From NCBI GenBank assembly GCA_038824035.1, contig JAWBBW010000002.1:32001-96000 (forward strand): a DNA stretch of 64,000 bases, read 5' to 3'. Position 1 is the stretch's first letter. Each line of letters opens with the position of its first letter. Below the pieces are notes generated by a model. The model was not told where the DNA came from, made no database searches, and saw only the letters and a list, made by a program, of their open reading frames with translations. The position numbers and the translations under genes are program-made. This DNA is from Desulfurococcaceae archaeon. Its GTDB lineage: Archaea; Thermoproteota; Thermoprotei_A; Sulfolobales; Desulfurococcaceae. This document shows, one piece after another, positions 62,977 to 64,000 of this stretch.

Positions 62977-64000
62977 ATGTCAAGATCGATTATCTTAGTG
63001 ACATTGGCACTAATGATCATATCAACCATATTACATATGCCCGTAGAAACACAGGATATACTGTTTGGCAGGGTTATTTTACAACCCATATACAACGATT
63101 TTTTGCAGCCATTATACAATGTGATAATAAGACCTGACCCCAGGCGAATTCACGAAATATGGCTCAACATAAATGCTTGGAACAGATTTATCAATGGTGA
63201 ACGAACCATCATCTTACCATTTATGGATTATAAACCATATATTGATGGATATAGATTAATAGCTCCTCCTTTACATGGATTCCTAGTTGGCATATTTATA
63301 CAAACTTCACTCCTGTTTTCAAACACGCGCGATCCAAATATATTAATTACAATTTGTTACATCCTTCAGGCGATCTCATCAACTGTTTGCATAATATTGG
63401 CTATTAACTATTTGCTCAAAAAAATCGGGAAAGGCTTATATCCACTAATGATCATAACTATGTTGGTTTATGGAGTCTATAACATTGAGCCATTCGCATT
63501 ATTATTTATCATATTATCCATGCTGAACTTTCTCGAGAACAAAGAAAATAAGGCAATACTATATGCAGGGCTCGCTTCTTCTTTCTCATATTTTGCTTTT
63601 GTACTTTTCGGTGTCATGATCTTCGTGGCATTGAAGAGAAATTTAAAATACAGCCATATATTATCCATATTGTTACCCTTGATTCCATATCTTTTGATCC
63701 TAATGGTTAAACCTGAGTATTTGGGTTGGGTTATAAATAGCTTAATATCACCGGTATTCAATTGTAGTCTATACCAATTTGCATCAATTAAATTAGGAGA
63801 TGAAGTTATGTTTAGAATATCTACCGGAATTTGGCTAACACTCTTACTAATAATTTACTCCATTCATCCAAGCGAGGGCGATATCAATAAATGGCCTGGT
63901 TATATTGCTGGTCTTTTAACACTCATGTACACAATGCACCCACAGACTGTTCCGCAGACGTTATTGCTTATATTACCATCATTGCTCCTCGCCATGAATA
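62977..64000 (+). CDS. Multi-pass membrane protein, probable GT-C (GT87-like) glycosyltransferase, truncated by the window edge
   Basis: Open frame from ATG 62977: MSRSIILVTLALMII...IYNDF...PFMDYK...APPL...YGVYNIEPFALL. Confidence 0.6.
   Translation, partial: MSRSIILVTLALMIISTILHMPVETQDILFGRVILQPIYNDFLQPLYNVIIRPDPRRIHEIWLNINAWNRFINGERTIILPFMDYKPYIDGYRLIAPPLHGFLVGIFIQTSLLFSNTRDPNILITICYILQAISSTVCIILAINYLLKKIGKGLYPLMIITMLVYGVYNIEPFALLFIILSMLNFLENKENKAILYAGLASSFSYFAFVLFGVMIFVALKRNLKYSHILSILLPLIPYLLILMVKPEYLGWVINSLISPVFNCSLYQFASIKLGDEVMFRISTGIWLTLLLIIYSIHPSEGDINKWPGYIAGLLTLMYTMHPQTVPQTLLLILPSLLLAMN

Overview
About 64 kb of AT-rich archaeal core chromosome, most consistent with Thermoproteota/Desulfurococcales (Desulfurococcaceae-like). 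Supporting signs: undivided rpoB, split rpoA'/A'', S26e, long S6e, PolB1, aKMT, Tes, GGTG Shine-Dalgarno motifs, frequent TTG/GTG starts and tRNAs without encoded CCA. The window is almost entirely information-processing superoperons: orc1/cdc6; rpoH-B-A1-A2-L30e-nusA-S12-S7-EF1a-S10; S13-S4-S11-rpoD-L18e-L13-S9-rpoN-S2; gltX-L7Ae; aIF5B; S6e-aIF2g-rpoE-KEOPS; RNase P/proteasome/exosome; EF-2; polB1. It also holds six tRNAs (four with 37/38 introns), two C/D-box guide RNAs (one predicted to guide 23S Gm2251), a galT-galK islet and two GT-C glycosyltransferase-like genes. I see no CRISPR array, transposase, integrase, intein or defence system, and cannot support a large novel system. The best leads are small: the guide RNAs, a structured orc1 leader, a 21-bp direct repeat at the tes 3' end, a lipoyl/biotinyl-like DUF2118 overlapping gltX, an HxxH thioredoxin-like protein, a hydrophobic N-terminus on Pop5 and single-gene inversions. 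Product calls come from motif recognition and gene order, not database searches. Several starts were moved from the ORF track to fit SD motifs.
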